Assembly: GCF_963921235.1 (NCBI RefSeq)
Contig: NC_086097.1
Coordinates: forward strand, 240,934,001-240,998,000
Direction of reading: 5' to 3'
Length of the DNA stretch: 64,000 nucleotides
From: Mobula hypostoma
Taxonomy: Eukaryota
Shown here one piece after another: positions 1-13,319 of this stretch. Every line of letters starts with the position of its first letter. Within the stretch, counting starts at the first letter, position 1. The translations under genes were made by a program, and so were the position numbers. The notes under the pieces were generated by a model. That model had not been told where the DNA came from. It worked only from the letters and a program-made list of their open reading frames with translations, and ran no database searches.

Positions 1-78
1 CCCGGGACTTGGCAGAACAGTTTGGCACGTACTAGATGGGCCGAAGGGCTCGTTTCTGCACAGTAGTGCTCTACGACT
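1..78 (+). mobile_element. CR1 LINE 3' UTR fragment
   Basis: 'tttggcacgtactagatgggccgaagggctcgtttctgc...gctctacgactc' matches the CR1 3' ends seen repeatedly in this window. Confidence 0.7.
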
Positions 79-1102
79 CACGATGATCTGGTGTGTGAAG
101 CCTTGTAGTGACATAGGCACACTGCTCCACCTTATCTGTGAGCTCAAGGTATGCTGGAGTTTACCCTCGAATGAGCTCGCACTGATTTCCCCTTTGACAA
201 AAACCGACAACAGCAGTGACACAGCGATTTGATATGCGGAAGTTACTCTCACAGGATGAACGACTACTAGATTGATCGTGGTCAGTGTTTGTTACTTGAT
301 ACACAGTTTTAAATCTACCCTGCGCTGCGCTGTCAGATTATTTCTTGTTACACAAGTTCAGCAGAAGCCAAGCAGTATGTAAGGGGAAAGGGATGAGAGG
401 AAAACAAATAACTTTTTTCAGTTTTTTTTTTAAAAACCACAAGTACTGTATTGACAGATCATAATGACCTACGTATCAGAGATTAAACTTCCTTTTCAGT
501 CCGCATTTTTTAAATTGGGTGTAACATCCATTATTTTAAATTTCAACCCTTTCTGCGAGTTCTGCACACTGCCACACATCAATTTTAAAACTGCACTCGG
601 CTTTTGTGAAAAGCGGCAAGTGAGGCTTTGTCCAAGCCTTTTACCTTCTAGCATTGTTTCCGTGGTTGTGGCATTGAGGGGAAATTTTACGCTTCAGTGC
701 CCAGTGAAAATCTCAATAGAAGCCTGTGTTTGCTGGCAGAGGATTGGACCTCTTTCTCCCAATCATCCAAATAACCTTTCCAATGATAGCCGAGCTCTCA
801 CAAATTTTTACGAACATATAATTCATGGATGTTTTAAATAGTTTTTAAAAAAATTAGCCTGAAAAATATAATGCCCACATGATGGACATTAAGACTGATT
901 AGGACTTAATTTTTACATTTCATAATTGACACTAATTCACACATAATCTTGCAAGAAGGTTGAGAATGCAAGAGGAATGTCCTCATTATCGATACACGAG
1001 GAGATGATTGGTTAAAATCACAGTGAGCAATGATTAAAATATTAGCTGATGATTTTCTGAAGGATAAACCCAGAATGATAGAGACTGTCTTTTAAGTTAG
1101 AT

Positions 1103-2235
1103 CACAAGAGCACAGGAGCAAAATTAGTCCACTCAGCTCTTCACCATTCTATCATAGCTGACTTATTATCCTTCTTTACTCCACTCTTCTGCCTTCTCCC
1201 TGTAACCTTTGGCACCTTTACTAATCAAGAACCTATCAACCTCTGCTTTAAATACAGTGGATTATGGTTAATTGGAACAGATAGGGACTAGGTACATTTT
1301 GGCCCAATTAGCCGAAGCTTCATGGAAATAGTTAAAAAGCGATTAAAAAAGACAAACCGAGTAACAAATTATGTACTTTATTGAAATACAGAACAAATTA
1401 GAATACTACCAATACTACTACAATACTATAAAACTTTATACTAGTTCCTAATATTTATCGACAGGAATTCATCTGCATCGCATTCTTTTGACTGTAAATG
1501 AACAAAATCAATGCAGTCACCTAGTGCAGATAATGGACAGTCTTCACACAATGCTGTCAGCAATTGCATCCTCCAAATCTTCTTCATCATTGTATCATTC
1601 AAGATGACGGTCAATAACTTCAAGTTCTTCATAGTTCCCAACTTGAAGTAGTGAAATCGTTTTAATTTTCACTCCCAACTGTTTCTGGCATCTCTAAGCA
1701 AATGCTTGAAATTATAGTGAGCAAAACAGTTCTGAATTGTCAGCCTGCTTATTTCTCACCAACTATCAGAGATTTTTTAAAAATTGGCTGCTTTACGAAC
1801 ACACACACACACTACTGACTCTATTTAGAATGATCGGCAACAGTCTCCTGCCCCAATTAAGCAACAAAGTGTCCCAAATAAACAAAGTAAATTCCAGTTA
1901 TTTTCTCAACCAGTTTTTCATGTTGTTTTTTTTTAAAATAAGCCAAATAAGCAACTTCCCAAATTAACAGATGGTCCCGTTAACCAGAATCTGCTAGTTT
2001 GGCCCCCACAGCATCTGTGGCAATGAATTCCACAGATTCTCCACCCTCTGGTTAATGAAATTCCTCATCTTTTCTTAAGGGAAGTCCTTCTGTTCTGAGG
2101 TTGTGCCCTCTGATTCTAGATTTCCCCATTGTAGAAGAAATATCCTTTCTATGACCACTCTATCTAGGCCTTATAATATTCCATAGGTTTCAACGTGATC
2201 TCCCCCTCATTTGGAGGCCTGAATACAAGTCCCAT
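1103..2235 (-). mobile_element. CR1 3' fragment, split by a Tigger-like DNA transposon
   Basis: Antisense CR1 tail (1103-1254) resumes at ~1997 ('gtttggcccccacagcatctgtggcaatgaattccacagattc', the VVNLWNSLP region). Confidence 0.75.
1255..1996 (-). mobile_element. Tc1/mariner superfamily pogo/Tigger-like non-autonomous DNA transposon
   Basis: Starts TA|CAGTGGATTATGGTTAATTGG; the eroded right end 'cccgttaaccagaatctgct' is its inverted counterpart. An internal minus-strand acidic remnant (EEFEVIDRHLE..DEEDLEDAIADSIV) resembles pogo-type transposase C-termini. Confidence 0.65.
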
Positions 2236-2239
2236 CAGG

Positions 2240-2490
2240 GTCTTTAACCCTTGCAGTTTCTTATCTCTGCCCAAGGATTCTACATCTATTAACCCTACAG
2301 TAAGTCACCTCTAATGATTTGATTTTATTTTTTATCTGCAGAGTCACCTCACCCCATCTGCCTATCTGCCTGTCCTTTTGGTACAAGAGGTATCCATGGA
2401 TATTAAACTCCCAACTCTGAGCTGCTTTCAGCCATGACTCAGTGATGCCCACAAAGTCATCCCAGCCAATTTCTAACTGAGCTATGTCAT
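2240..2490 (-). mobile_element. CR1 ORF2 APE-endonuclease fragment
   Basis: ORF 2261..2452 GITESWL...IHGYLLYQKDRQIGRWGEVTL is the typical CR1 EN motif. Confidence 0.8.
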
Positions 2491-2819
2491 TCAGGAATGC
2501 CGTCAGTAAGCTCTTCCATCCACAACTGGAAATCTGGAAGTTGCTTTGTCCAAATTGTTACTCAGGCTGGGTCGGTGGAACATTTCAGAAACAAAGTGAA
2601 AATGAGCTTTTGGACAGAAAAGTATTCATCAACATGGAATCACAGGCAAGTAAACAAAGTTAAAATACAGACTGAGTTTCATCATGATTTAACAGTACTG
2701 TAGTACAGCCTCATGGCGCTGATGGCCAATTCAGAGAGCAATGTTACTACATTTGCATTGAGTTTACATTGAACTAAATCTGAAGTATAAAGCTAGAAAT
2801 ACTGTAAATGACAAGCACA

Positions 2820-4925
2820 AAACCACTAGATTGTTGTAAACAAAAATTTGGTATCACCTTCAGATCTTTATCTAGAATAGCCTCCAGACCTGCAATACTG
2901 CAGGTAACACACATCTACTCACTCAACGTTTAACCAAAACTATTAGTCCAAAACATAAAAAGAACAAAAGATGTCCAGCTAGCATTGACCTAGACATCGG
3001 ATTCAGATGCAGCTAAGGCAGACCCAAGTCAGTTCGCATGGCAAAATCCTTCTCATTACTCCAAGCACCATATCCCTATTTGGAGGGTCATTCCTCAGAC
3101 AGCAAATTCTTCTTCTACATTCATGCCTACATCAGGAGTGCTGTCCCTCAGATTGCCTGCCAGTCATCCTCGCAGAACTAAAGACCTCCTTCACTTATGT
3201 TTCTTTGTTCCTCCACAGTAAACACCTCTTAGAAAAGGCATGGAAGACAGCAATGGTACAAGGTGCAGTCAGAGTATGGGAAATTCAAAATCCATCTTCA
3301 ACTCAGTTTATGGAGTTCAACAAGTCCAGGAAGACGTGACAGTTAGTACTCTAAAAAGAAAAAAATCTGAGACCTCACCCAGGGTGCTGTAGGCTAGCAG
3401 CTGCACAACACATTTCCCTCAATTGGTAACTGTATAAATCCCTCACCACTGCCATTACTATCTACCACCCCATCATTAACATCCTCGGGAGTTGCGACCA
3501 TTCGGAAGCAGCCTTACAATGTGTCCATTTGATTGCCACCCGTCAATCAAAGCTTCTCAGGCTGCAGTGAGCAACATATTGCATCACAGCCTTCAACAGC
3601 CCCTCACACACCCATGACCTCTGCCATCAAAACAAAGACTACAGGGCTCAGGGGAACTGAGTGCAGAATCCCCTGCAAGTCATGCATCATGATCAAAAAC
3701 ATACATCGCCTTTTTTTCCATATCACTATGTCTAACACATTGAACTCTCCCTCTCCACTCATTGAGAGTAGTGATGAACTGAGGATGTTGTTGTGAGGAT
3801 GCTCCTGCAAAGGCAATTAAAACAGGCTATAAATTGCAGACACCCATTTTCATATTTTAAATGTTTGGCATCAAATGGATTTACAGAGAGAACTTCAGAT
3901 AATCCGCACATTATAAGTTCTGAGTGTTAAGCCTGGGATAGATTCTTCACACAGCCCATTTCAAACACACTCACAGTCTCCAAAATCTCACCAATCTTAC
4001 CCAGAAGCCATTGGTCAACGAGTCTCTAAAAGCTCACCAATTAGAAGCTATTGGCCAACCAATTTCTACAACAGCTACCGAGGGTAGTTCTGAGAACTTC
4101 ATGGCTATCCTTTATCAATGATCAAACCAGCAAGCAACAAGAGCAATTGTCAAGCTAGAGCCAAAGTCCAAAATACCAAACAAGTCATTGGGTACATTTA
4201 AAGCGACGTTTGATACGTTCCTTATTGTACAGATATCAAAGGTTACGGGTTAAAGGCAAGAAAATGGGGACAAGAGGAATAATACACCAACCATGTTGGA
4301 ATGGTGCAGCAGATTCAAAGGGCCAAATAGCCTAATTCTGTTCCTATATCTTATGTCTAAAGCCCTATAAGAATAATCTTATTTACTTATTATCAAGATA
4401 CAGCATGGAATTGGCCCTTCTGGTTCTTCGAGTGCTGCCACCCATCAACCCCCGATTTAACCTAAGCTAATCACAAGACCAATTAACCTACCAACTGAAA
4501 TGTCTTTTGATTGTGGGAGGAAACGGAGACCTGAAGAAAACCCATGCATTCCACAAGGTGGTGGTACAGATTTCCTACAGAAGACGTCAGAATTGAACTC
4601 TGAACTCCAATACCATGCGCAGTAATAGAGTCATGCTAACTACAATGCTACTGCGGTGCCTACAACTTTCTCGGCATGAATTTACACCCAAATTATTTGC
4701 AAGCAGTGGCCATGACTAATAATAATTTAATAAAAAGATGCCATCTCACAATGTTGGCTCTGATCACCAGTACAGTTAGTGTTAAGTTCTCCTCTCTGTA
4801 TTTTATTGTTACAGAAACTGCAGAAATTCAGAAAGTACAGGTTACCACATTCTCCTCAAGGGCAGTTAGAGGTCTCCGGGAAATGAATGTTGGCCTCTGT
4901 TCCAATACCGAAAGTTAGTGAAAAA
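2820..4925 (+). mobile_element. Old, highly decayed CR1-group LINE, fragmented and interrupted by younger repeats
   Basis: Degenerate patches at ~2820-3700 and a 3' end at ~4840-4925 ('accacattctcctcaagggcagttag...aatgttggcc'). The antisense counterpart of that end recurs at 45762-45910. Confidence 0.4.
4380..4660 (-). mobile_element. tRNA-derived V-SINE/HE1-like SINE
   Basis: Antisense of the V-domain 'gcatgggttttcttc..ggtctccgtttcctcccac'. Related copies at ~5000-5200, 8800-8965, 9310-9560, 29360-29630, 34420-34630, 46500-46720, 50250-50548 and 51730-51920. Confidence 0.7.
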
Positions 4926-6984
4926 GATGGAGTTAGATTAGAGAGAGATTAGCTTTGTTTGTCACATGTACATCAACACTTACAGTGAAATGCATCAATG
5001 ACCAGCATAGTCCAAGGATTGTCCAGCTGGCAGCTTACAAGTGTCACCATGCTTCAGGTGCCAATGTGGCATCCCGACAACTTATCAACCCTAACTGTGT
5101 GCCGTCGGAAAGTGGAACGAAACTGGAAGCACCCAGAAGAAATCCATGTAACACGGGAGGAATGTACAGACAGCGGCGGGACTTGAAACCCAATTGGGGT
5201 TTGCGACAACCAATGTTTTAAGAGTTCTTGAATGGCAAACTATGGGTTAAGTAGGTTAATTAGCTAGCCTATTTCCCCCTGCCGCCCCCACTTTTTAATT
5301 CAGGCAACTCGCCCCTTCCTTCTCAGTCCCGAAGAAGTGTCTCGGCCCGAAACATTGACTGTTCACTCTCTTCCACAGACAGTGCCTGACCTGCTGAGTT
5401 CCTCCAGCATTTTGTGTGTGCTGCAGTAGGTTAAGTGGTCACATGGTCAATTGGACAGTGTGGACTCAGTGGGCCAGAGGGGCCTGTTACCATGCTGTAC
5501 CTCTCCATGAACTAAATGTTATTAAGTTTTCTATTCTATTCTGGCCATTAATGCAAGCCTCTGTCGGTGCAAATGCAACCCAAGAATAGAAATTAAATGT
5601 TAATCTCTCTTATTTCAACTTCTCTGTTAAGATTTATAGCACTTTGAAAATCAGGTCAAAGAGCAAAACTCCGGCAGATGTTGGAGATCTGAAGGAAAAA
5701 CAGTGCTGGAAGCAATTGGCAGGTTGATTAGGAACTGCGGACGGAATGGACAAGTTAACTTTTCAGGTACGGATAGTGCCTCAGAACGTTTGTAACAAGT
5801 ATTTTTTTCTTAACACTTCATTGTCTACAGATTCTATTTGAACCATTTCTTCTAACGTTACTTAGTATTTTCAAAATAGATTAGAAATAAAAAAAAAATA
5901 GACTTTGAGCACAGGATGAACTAACACTTCAATGCTATCAGCATCGGATAATGAGAACTGCCTGTGATGGGAATTTGGGGTTTCTGTTCTAACGTTTGTT
6001 CCAACTGGCACAACGGCAACACCAGGAAAAACAGGTTAGCGTGTTATTACAAGTGGTCATTTTGACAGGATTTTCAATCAAGAGCCCTCTGCCAAGACGT
6101 CATATATATGCATAAAACCCACACAAGATGTTTTAACTTTAAACTCAGTACAGAAAGGTCACCATGAAATAATATTTGAAAAAAGGAATATTCATTGTTG
6201 TTCAAAGATGTAAATGCACTATACAATTGCTCAATCTCCCTTAAGTATTACCACCCGTCATCACCATATTGACTGTATCAGAAATGTGTGCAAAACCCTA
6301 GTTCAACGTCACATACAAACAATTTTACTAATTCACTGTCGAACTGCAGCCTTAAAAAACAACATTCTTCACCAATAGTTTCTAACTCATATTATTATTC
6401 ATCCAATGTATTTATTCAGTACATGAAATACCCTTGGCCAAAAGATTGTTTACTAAAGAAGTTTGGCCATTTGGCTGATAACGAGACGACTGTGAATAAA
6501 TCTGAGATGCAAAACAGTACATCCAGATCCAAAAAATGTTAAAGGGCTTTGCATTTTCAAATAAAAAGCACTTTCATTTCAAAACTTAGTGATATATAAA
6601 GAAAAACAAATACTTTTAACTGTTGGCTTAAGACACAACAAGAACACTGTGGATTCACCACAATGGCAGAATTCCAAATCTGAAATCCTGTAAGTTAGCA
6701 GAACATTGCCAGCAGGTTTTTAATTGTACATGACTGCTGTGAGAGTATCTTCTCAAATGTCTATTAGATTAGAAGTTATGAAGCTATCTGGCACAACCTA
6801 ATCTGCCAGCAATACAGACACCAGTACCACACGCCTTAAGGTTCCACTGTGCGCAATTGGAACAAATAATTTCCTTAGTTGCTATTCACATTACGTAATC
6901 TAGAGACTGTAAGGAACAATTCATCTTATTATAGCAACAGCAACTTTTATAACAATGGATTTTTTTTTAACCTCCAAGACTACA

Positions 6985-7290
6985 AACTTGTCCTGGATTG
7001 TGGGCTTGCGTGCCTCGACGACCCAGAGAGCTATGCTGGCCGGAGTCAGGGCTTCATGCTCTTGGTAGGGTCACCCGAGCCAAACAAGTCAAAGGATAGA
7101 AGCCAGACTAAGAGTGGTCCAGCGGTCCTCTAAGTTTGGGGGGTTCAGCTCAGGGCCAACAACACTGACTGGTAAAACAAAACTGTTACAGAAACAGCAA
7201 TAAAGAATCCTTCTGCATCTGAGATTTTCATGGCTGGCAGTAGTGAAAACTGAGAGGAGGCTACTGGCACGAAGGAAGCCCTGAACACTG
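6985..7290 (+). mobile_element. Short retroposon resembling an RTE-clade 5' UTR (copy 1)
   Basis: 'gcttgcgtgcctcgacgacccagagagctatgctggc...ggtcacccgagccaaacaagtc...cagactaagag'. Homologous copies at 42862-43215 and 62584-62762. Confidence 0.55.
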
Positions 7291-7572
7291 ACAAAGTGTT
7301 TACTTCAAAGTTTAAAGTAAATTTATTATCAAAGTACATATATATCATATACAACTCAGAGTGATTTTCTTGTGGGCATACTCAATAATTCCCTAATAAA
7401 TAATAACCATAGTAGAATCAAAAACAGAGCGCACCAACTTGGGCATTCAACCAGCGTACAAAAGGTACAAACTGTGCAAATACAAAAAGAAATAATCATA
7501 AATAAACAAAAAAACAATAAATATTGAAAGCATGAGATGAAGAGCCCTTGAAAGTGAGTCCATTTGCTGCAG

Positions 7573-7753
7573 CAACACACACAAAATGCTGGTGAACGCA
7601 GCAGGCCAGGCAGCATCTATAGGAAGAGGTACAGTCGACGTTTCGGGCCGAGACCCTTCGTCAGGACTGATCTGCTGCCTGGCCTGCTGCATTCACCAGC
7701 ATATTTTGTGTATGTTGCTTGAATTTCCAGCATCTGCAGATTTCCTTGAGTTT
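7573..7753. mobile_element. Penelope-like element terminal fragment with inverted arms
   Basis: Arms ~7571-7616 and ~7673-7718 are inverted copies. Flanked by ccatttgctgcag (7560-7572) and ccatttgttgtag (7754-7766). Confidence 0.75.
7632..7669 (-). ncRNA. Minimal type I hammerhead ribozyme motif (Penelope-associated), intact
   Basis: Minus strand reads CAGUC-CUGACGA-A-GGGUC-UC-GGCCC-GAAA-C-GUC-GACUG: helix I CAGUC/GACUG, CUGANGA and GAAA core boxes, helix II, and a GUC cleavage triplet. Confidence 0.75.
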
Positions 7754-8444
7754 CCATTTGTTGTAGGAACGGTTCAGTGATGGGGTAAGTAAAGTTGTCC
7801 CCTTTTGTTCAGAGCTTGATGGTTAAGGGGTAATAACTGCTCCTGAACCTGGTGGTGCGAGTCCTGAGGTTTCTGTACCTTCTTCCTGATGGCAGCAGCA
7901 AGAAGACAGCATGACCTGGGTGGTGGATGCTGCTTTCCTGCAACAACTCTCCATTCTGCAACCTTAAATCAATGCCCTAAAGGCCAACTGTGTATCGGGC
8001 AGCAAGTAATTTTGTTTTAAAAAAAAAGGAATCAGGGAGGTGCTTGCTTGGAGATAACAGGTAGTGCAAAACATGTACTAAACAATCTTTCTTGCCAGAT
8101 GGAGAGCTCCAAATGCTGACAAGAGTACCTATGGGGCAAGCCAGGTACAGTACTATGTGCCTTTCACACAAAACAACAGGTAGTTGAAAATGGGATGCAG
8201 ACAGACAACAAAAAAATGATATAAAACAAATAAACTCCACACAACTTTTGTATGGAAGGTGCATTTATTACTGCTCAAATAAGACCAGGAGCTTGTTGTA
8301 ATTTAATCCATTGCTGGTTACTAAGGTACTGGTCTGGGCAGAATTTGGTATACAGATCTTGAAGAGTATTTTATTTATTTAGAGATACAGCTCATCAATA
8401 AGCCCTTCCAGCCCAACTTGCCCACACTGTCCAATTACACCCAT

Positions 8445-8790
8445 AAGATATAGGAGCAGAATTAGGCCATCGAGTCTGCGCCACCATTTCATCATGGCTG
8501 ATCAAATTTTTCTTGTCAGCCCCAATCTCCTGGCTCCTCTCTGTATCCCCTCATGCCTTGACCAATCAATAATCTATCAACCTCTCTCTTAAATATGCCC
8601 ATTGATTTGGCCTCCACAACTCCTGTGGCAATGAATTCTACAGATTCACCACTCAGGCTAAAGAAATTCCTTATCTCCATTTTAAATGGACGTCCTTGTA
8701 TTCCGAGCCTGGGTCCTCTGGTCTTAAACTCCCCCACCATAGGAAGCATCCTCTCCACGTCCACTCTGTCAAGGCCTTTCAACATTCAAT
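8445..8790 (-). mobile_element. CR1 3' fragment
   Basis: ORF 8516..8785 LKGLDRVDVERMLPMVGE..TRG resembles the CR1 ORF2 C-terminus. Confidence 0.85.
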
Positions 8791-9803
8791 ATGTGGCCAT
8801 TTACCCTACTGATCTGTCTTTGGTCTGTGGGAGGAAACCCATCCGGAGAAATTCCATGTGGTCACAGAGAGAATGTATAAACTTCTTCCAGACAGCAGCG
8901 GGATTTGAACCTGCGTTGCTGGTGCTGTTACAGTATTGTGCTAAACCGTTACAGTGCCATGCTGCCCTGAAATGGGATAGTATGAATAGCAATATGTAAA
9001 AAAAAGATTCACAAGATTAGCAGGTTTCCACCTCTTAAAATGCAAGTAGAAATTTTCATTAACCAGAAATGTTGAAATGCAGATTGTTAAATGGAACTTC
9101 AAGGTTTTTAGAACTTTGAATAGGGAGAAAAATATTTTTACTGGCTAGAGAATCGATAAGCAAAAGTCATAGCCTGGTCTTTAAGGAGTTAAAGTGGAAG
9201 AACTCTCAAACAGCAGCAGATGCTTGATCAATTATTAACTTCAAATTCAGGATTTAGAGAGATTCTTCATCCCCACAAGTGATTAAAGAAGAGGGATTGA
9301 GGCTGAGAAATTATTTACTTATTGAGATACAGTGCAGAATAGGCTTTCCCAGTTCTTCGGGCCACACCACCCAGGGAAACCCTGATTTCATCCTAGCCTA
9401 ATCGCGGGATGGGACAATTTACAATAAACAATTAACCTACCAACTGGTATATCTTTGGACTGAGGGAGGAAACCAGGGTGGCCGGAGAAAACGCACACGG
9501 TCACAAAGAGAACACACAGACTCCTTAGAGGCAGCAACAAGAACTGAACCTAGCTTGCTGGTAATAAAGACTCAAAGTACATTCATTATCAAATAAATGT
9601 ACATATTACGTATGCAGTATACAACCGAGATTTGTCTTCCCACAGACAGCCAGGAAGCAAAGAAACCACATGGAACCCTTTCAACCAAGAACATCAGACA
9701 ACACAAAAAAAGAACAAATCGCACAAACATCAAAAATATAAGCCAAAAAAAACAGAATCTAAAACATTAAACCACAGTCATTAAAACAATCTAGACGTAT
9801 TCA

Positions 9804-9976
9804 AGCAACACACATCAAAATTGCTGGTGAACGCAGCAGGCCAGGCAGCATCTCTAGGAAGAGGTACAGTCGACGTTTCCGGCCGAGACCCTTCGCCAGG
9901 ACTAACTGAAAGAAGAGCTAGTGAGAGATTTGAAAGAGGGAGGGGGAGGGGGAGATCCAAAATGATAGGAGAAGAC
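9804..9976 (-). mobile_element. Penelope-like terminal fragment with mutated hammerhead
   Basis: Closely similar to 7573-7669. TSD agacgtattca (9793-9803) / agacatattca (9977-9987). Confidence 0.75.
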
Positions 9977-10349
9977 AGACATATTCAGTTTAGTTCAGTT
10001 CAATTCAGCAATGTCATTCACAGACTGCAGGCCAGGCCGCAGGGCCAGTCTGTCCCAATCAAAATTGCACAAAGCAACAATTTTACATAAAAGGTGTAAA
10101 GACAAACCAGAATCATAACATGCACTACGGTGTCCAATCAACAAAACATGTCAATTAAACCTTGCCCAAGGCCCCAGCACCATCCTCCAGCAGCAGGTTA
10201 TGCTAGACACCATGCTACCGTGCCACCCCCATTATTAAATTAATTAAATAGTGCAACATATATGAAAAAATTAATAAGTATTGCAGAAGAACCACTGAGG
10301 AAGCTGAAGGAACTGATTGATTCTCTCGTATTGCTAACACTGACAGAAC

Positions 10350-10640
10350 AAAGTACAGCTGCACACTCCTGCAGGATCTGTGCTGCTGCCTCATGGAATG
10401 CCACCAGCTTTTGGATTAGATGCTTAACCAAAGCCCGTTCTGATCACCAAGGTGGACGTGAAAAGATATCCCTGAAATATTTTGAGGAACCACGCCATCA
10501 TTAACACTTATCAATGTCATCAGAAGATAAAAACCACCAAACCATCGTCAGGTCACCTTGTATGGAAGATAACAGTGTGTAAATTATCTAATACCTTTCT
10601 AGGAATAGGACATACACTTCAAAAGTTACGTCACTGTCAA
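10350..10640 (+). mobile_element. Ancient Deu-domain SINE (SacSINE1/AmnSINE1-like), degenerate
   Basis: 'gccaccagcttttggattagatgcttaaccaaagccc...caaggtggacgtgaaaagat...tattttgagga' and 'acacttcaaaag' resemble the Deu domain and its 3' part, recalled from memory. Confidence 0.5.
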
Positions 10641-12404
10641 ATCTATTAGCCGTTGAAGCATGCAATACGAACAAATTGATGGTGTTGGGATCCTTGTAAG
10701 TTTTTTTTTAAATGAGGTTGCAAACATCCCTTGTAGTTCCTTTCAAGACCATCTTGGACAATGGGAAAATGGAGGTCTTTGTAGGAGAAAGGGTTAGATT
10801 GATTTGGAGTAAGTTAGAAGGTTAGCACAACATCATGGGACGAAGGACCTATACCGTGCTGAAATGCTCTATGGTCTATTTCCTCCCTGTTTCACAAATA
10901 TATAAACACTTCACTAAATCTCATACCAAAAGCAAACCACACACTTCTAATTCTGGTACTGACAGTGAGGCCAAGAAGCTACTGTTGTGGATAGCATCAT
11001 GAGCAGGTCCAATCCTACAAACTCAAAGTTCAGGCAGAAATCTCAGCTGAGGCTCCTGGATTGTCAAAAAAATCGCTTAAGTAATCTCCCTCCCCTCACT
11101 ACCTAGGAAAGAAGGAAAAGAAAGTCAAAGGAGAAATGAGAGCAAATAGTAAGAAATGAGGCGATAAAGGTAAGATGGATGGTGGGGGGGGGGGTGTAGG
11201 AAAGAGAAAGGTCAGTGAAAAGGAATACGAAAGGGAGAAACCTAGTAGATTTAAAAAAAAGTAGCAACCCGCCAGGCCTAGTTTTATTTATCAAATTATA
11301 TTTTAAACATTTAAAGGTCCTCCCACAAATATTTAAAAAAATCACAGAAGGAAGAGGTTTGCTTTATTTATCACATGTACATTGAAACCTCAAAAGTTAT
11401 AGTGAAATACATAATTTGCGGCATCAACCAACACAGTTCGACATAGGAATCCAAACAGAGCTCAAAGTTATTCTCAAACTACATAGATGTCACCATATAT
11501 AACCCTGAGATTAGTTTACTTGTGGACATACACAGTAAATCGAAAAAACATTATAGAATTCATGATAGACCACACCCAGCAGGATGAAGAAACAATGTGC
11601 AAAAGAGGACAAACTGTGCAAATACAAAGAAAAATGAAATAATCATAATAAATAAGCAATAAATATCAAGAACATGAGATGAAGTGTCTTTGGAAATGAG
11701 TCCATAGATTGTGGGAAAATTCAGTGTTGAAGTAAGTGAACTTATATCTCCTCTGGTTCAGGTGCTTGGCAGTTGAGGGGTAACATGAGCCTGGTGGTGA
11801 GAGTCTTGAGGTTCCTGTGCCTTCTTCCTGGTGACAGCAGTGAGAAAAGAGCATGATCTGAGTGGTGGGGTTCCCTAACGATGGATGCTGCTTTCCGGTT
11901 CACGTAGATGAGCTGCCATGCTGACATTATTAATAAATGAAAACAAAATTCAGCAGCTGTTGGGAATGCGTGTCCGGACACCCAAGTGGTTTGGTATACA
12001 GGATATCAGACAACTTTCAGAAAGAAATCAGTAATAAGCCCATCGTATTGTACATCCCGATCATAAAATGTAATTTTAAATGTGGGGCTCCTGATGGCAG
12101 CCGCCTGCCGAGATCTATCGTACCTGCTCTAGCACTGCCGCTACGAAACATGGAAAGCCAGTCAATGCCTTCAAGAACACCTCTCCATGGCAGCAAGCAG
12201 CAGCTACAGAAACAGATGCCACAGATACAATGGCAAAGAGAAACACGAGAGTGAGGGGAGAGGCATTGGACATTCAAATTCAGTATGCCCCACCACTATC
12301 CCAAGAATGACTACACATACAAACTGAATCCCGTGATAGGATTATCCTACACTACTGCAAAGTTGAAGCTTGTCATGCTGGCATCTCAATTTTGTACGCA
12401 TCTA

Positions 12405-12910
12405 CAGATGTGTGGTGGAAATCGTACCGACCGACTGCATTATGCCCTGGTGTGGGAACACCAGTGCCTTCGATGGGAAAGTCCTACAAAAGGTAATGGA
12501 TTCGGCCCAGTACAGCACGGGTAAAACCCTGAGCACATCTACATGAAACGTCACTGTAGAAAAGCAGCAACAATCAACAAAGATCCTCACCACCCAGGCC
12601 ATGCTCTTTTATTGCTGCTGCCATCAGGTAGAACGTACAAGATCCTCAGGACTCGCACCGCCAAGTTCAAGAACAGTTACTACCCTCAACCATCATGCTC
12701 TTGAACAAAAGGGGATAACGACACTCATTTAAGGACTCTTGTTAATTCATGCTTGCTATTTATTTATATCTGCATTTGCACAGTTTGTTGATCATTGATC
12801 CTGTTTACAATTACTGTTCTATAGATTTGCTAAGTATATCCACAGAAAAAGAACCTCGGGGTTGTATGTGGTGACATCCATGTACTCTGATAAATTTTAA
12901 TTTGAACTTT
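12405..12910 (+). mobile_element. Rex1/Babar LINE 3' fragment
   Basis: Degenerate KAATINKDPHHPGHALLLLLPSGRTYK..RT..FKNSY C-terminal motifs followed by the 3' UTR tail. Confidence 0.75.
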
Positions 12911-13319
12911 TGCACTTCAAAACACCACCACTTGCACTAAACTCAATGACTGCCAGACACAGAAAGCAACGCATCAGTGGAGCGGAGAGTGTCTTAGGAA
13001 CTACACTCCTTTGTCAATCGGTTGAATGAAGCCAAGTGCAAACTCTTTGGATTATAAACACAAGTAAAATGCACTTTTCAAAGCTAACTTCTGTTGAAAA
13101 TGCCCACCCTGTACCACATGGCATAGCTAGATATGGCAAAGGTGTCCAGAAGCTGAACTCTGCACAGAAATAATTACCTATTACCCAATCAACCCAGAAA
13201 TGATCACTCTCATGGACCAATACATCTTGTACATAATTTCTGTGTACAGAACTGCCTAATTTGCTCCATTTCTGTGCTAGAGTGTTATGATTCAACAAAA
13301 ATAATGACTAGCTCACAAA

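Larger units (their letters stand above)
7305..7950 (-). mobile_element. Rex1/Babar-related 3'-end element with '...ttgataataaatttactttgaactttga' tail
   Basis: Antisense of the PSGRRYRSL-type Rex1 C-terminus plus 3' UTR. The same tail recurs many times (e.g. ~11460-11900, 12405-12910, 16610-16890, 19230-19630, 37645-37960, 38600-38900, 45990-46435, 63410-63755). Confidence 0.65.

Noticed and set aside
464..841. 125-aa ORF
   Set aside because: No recognisable motifs, composition consistent with a random ORF, no splice support.
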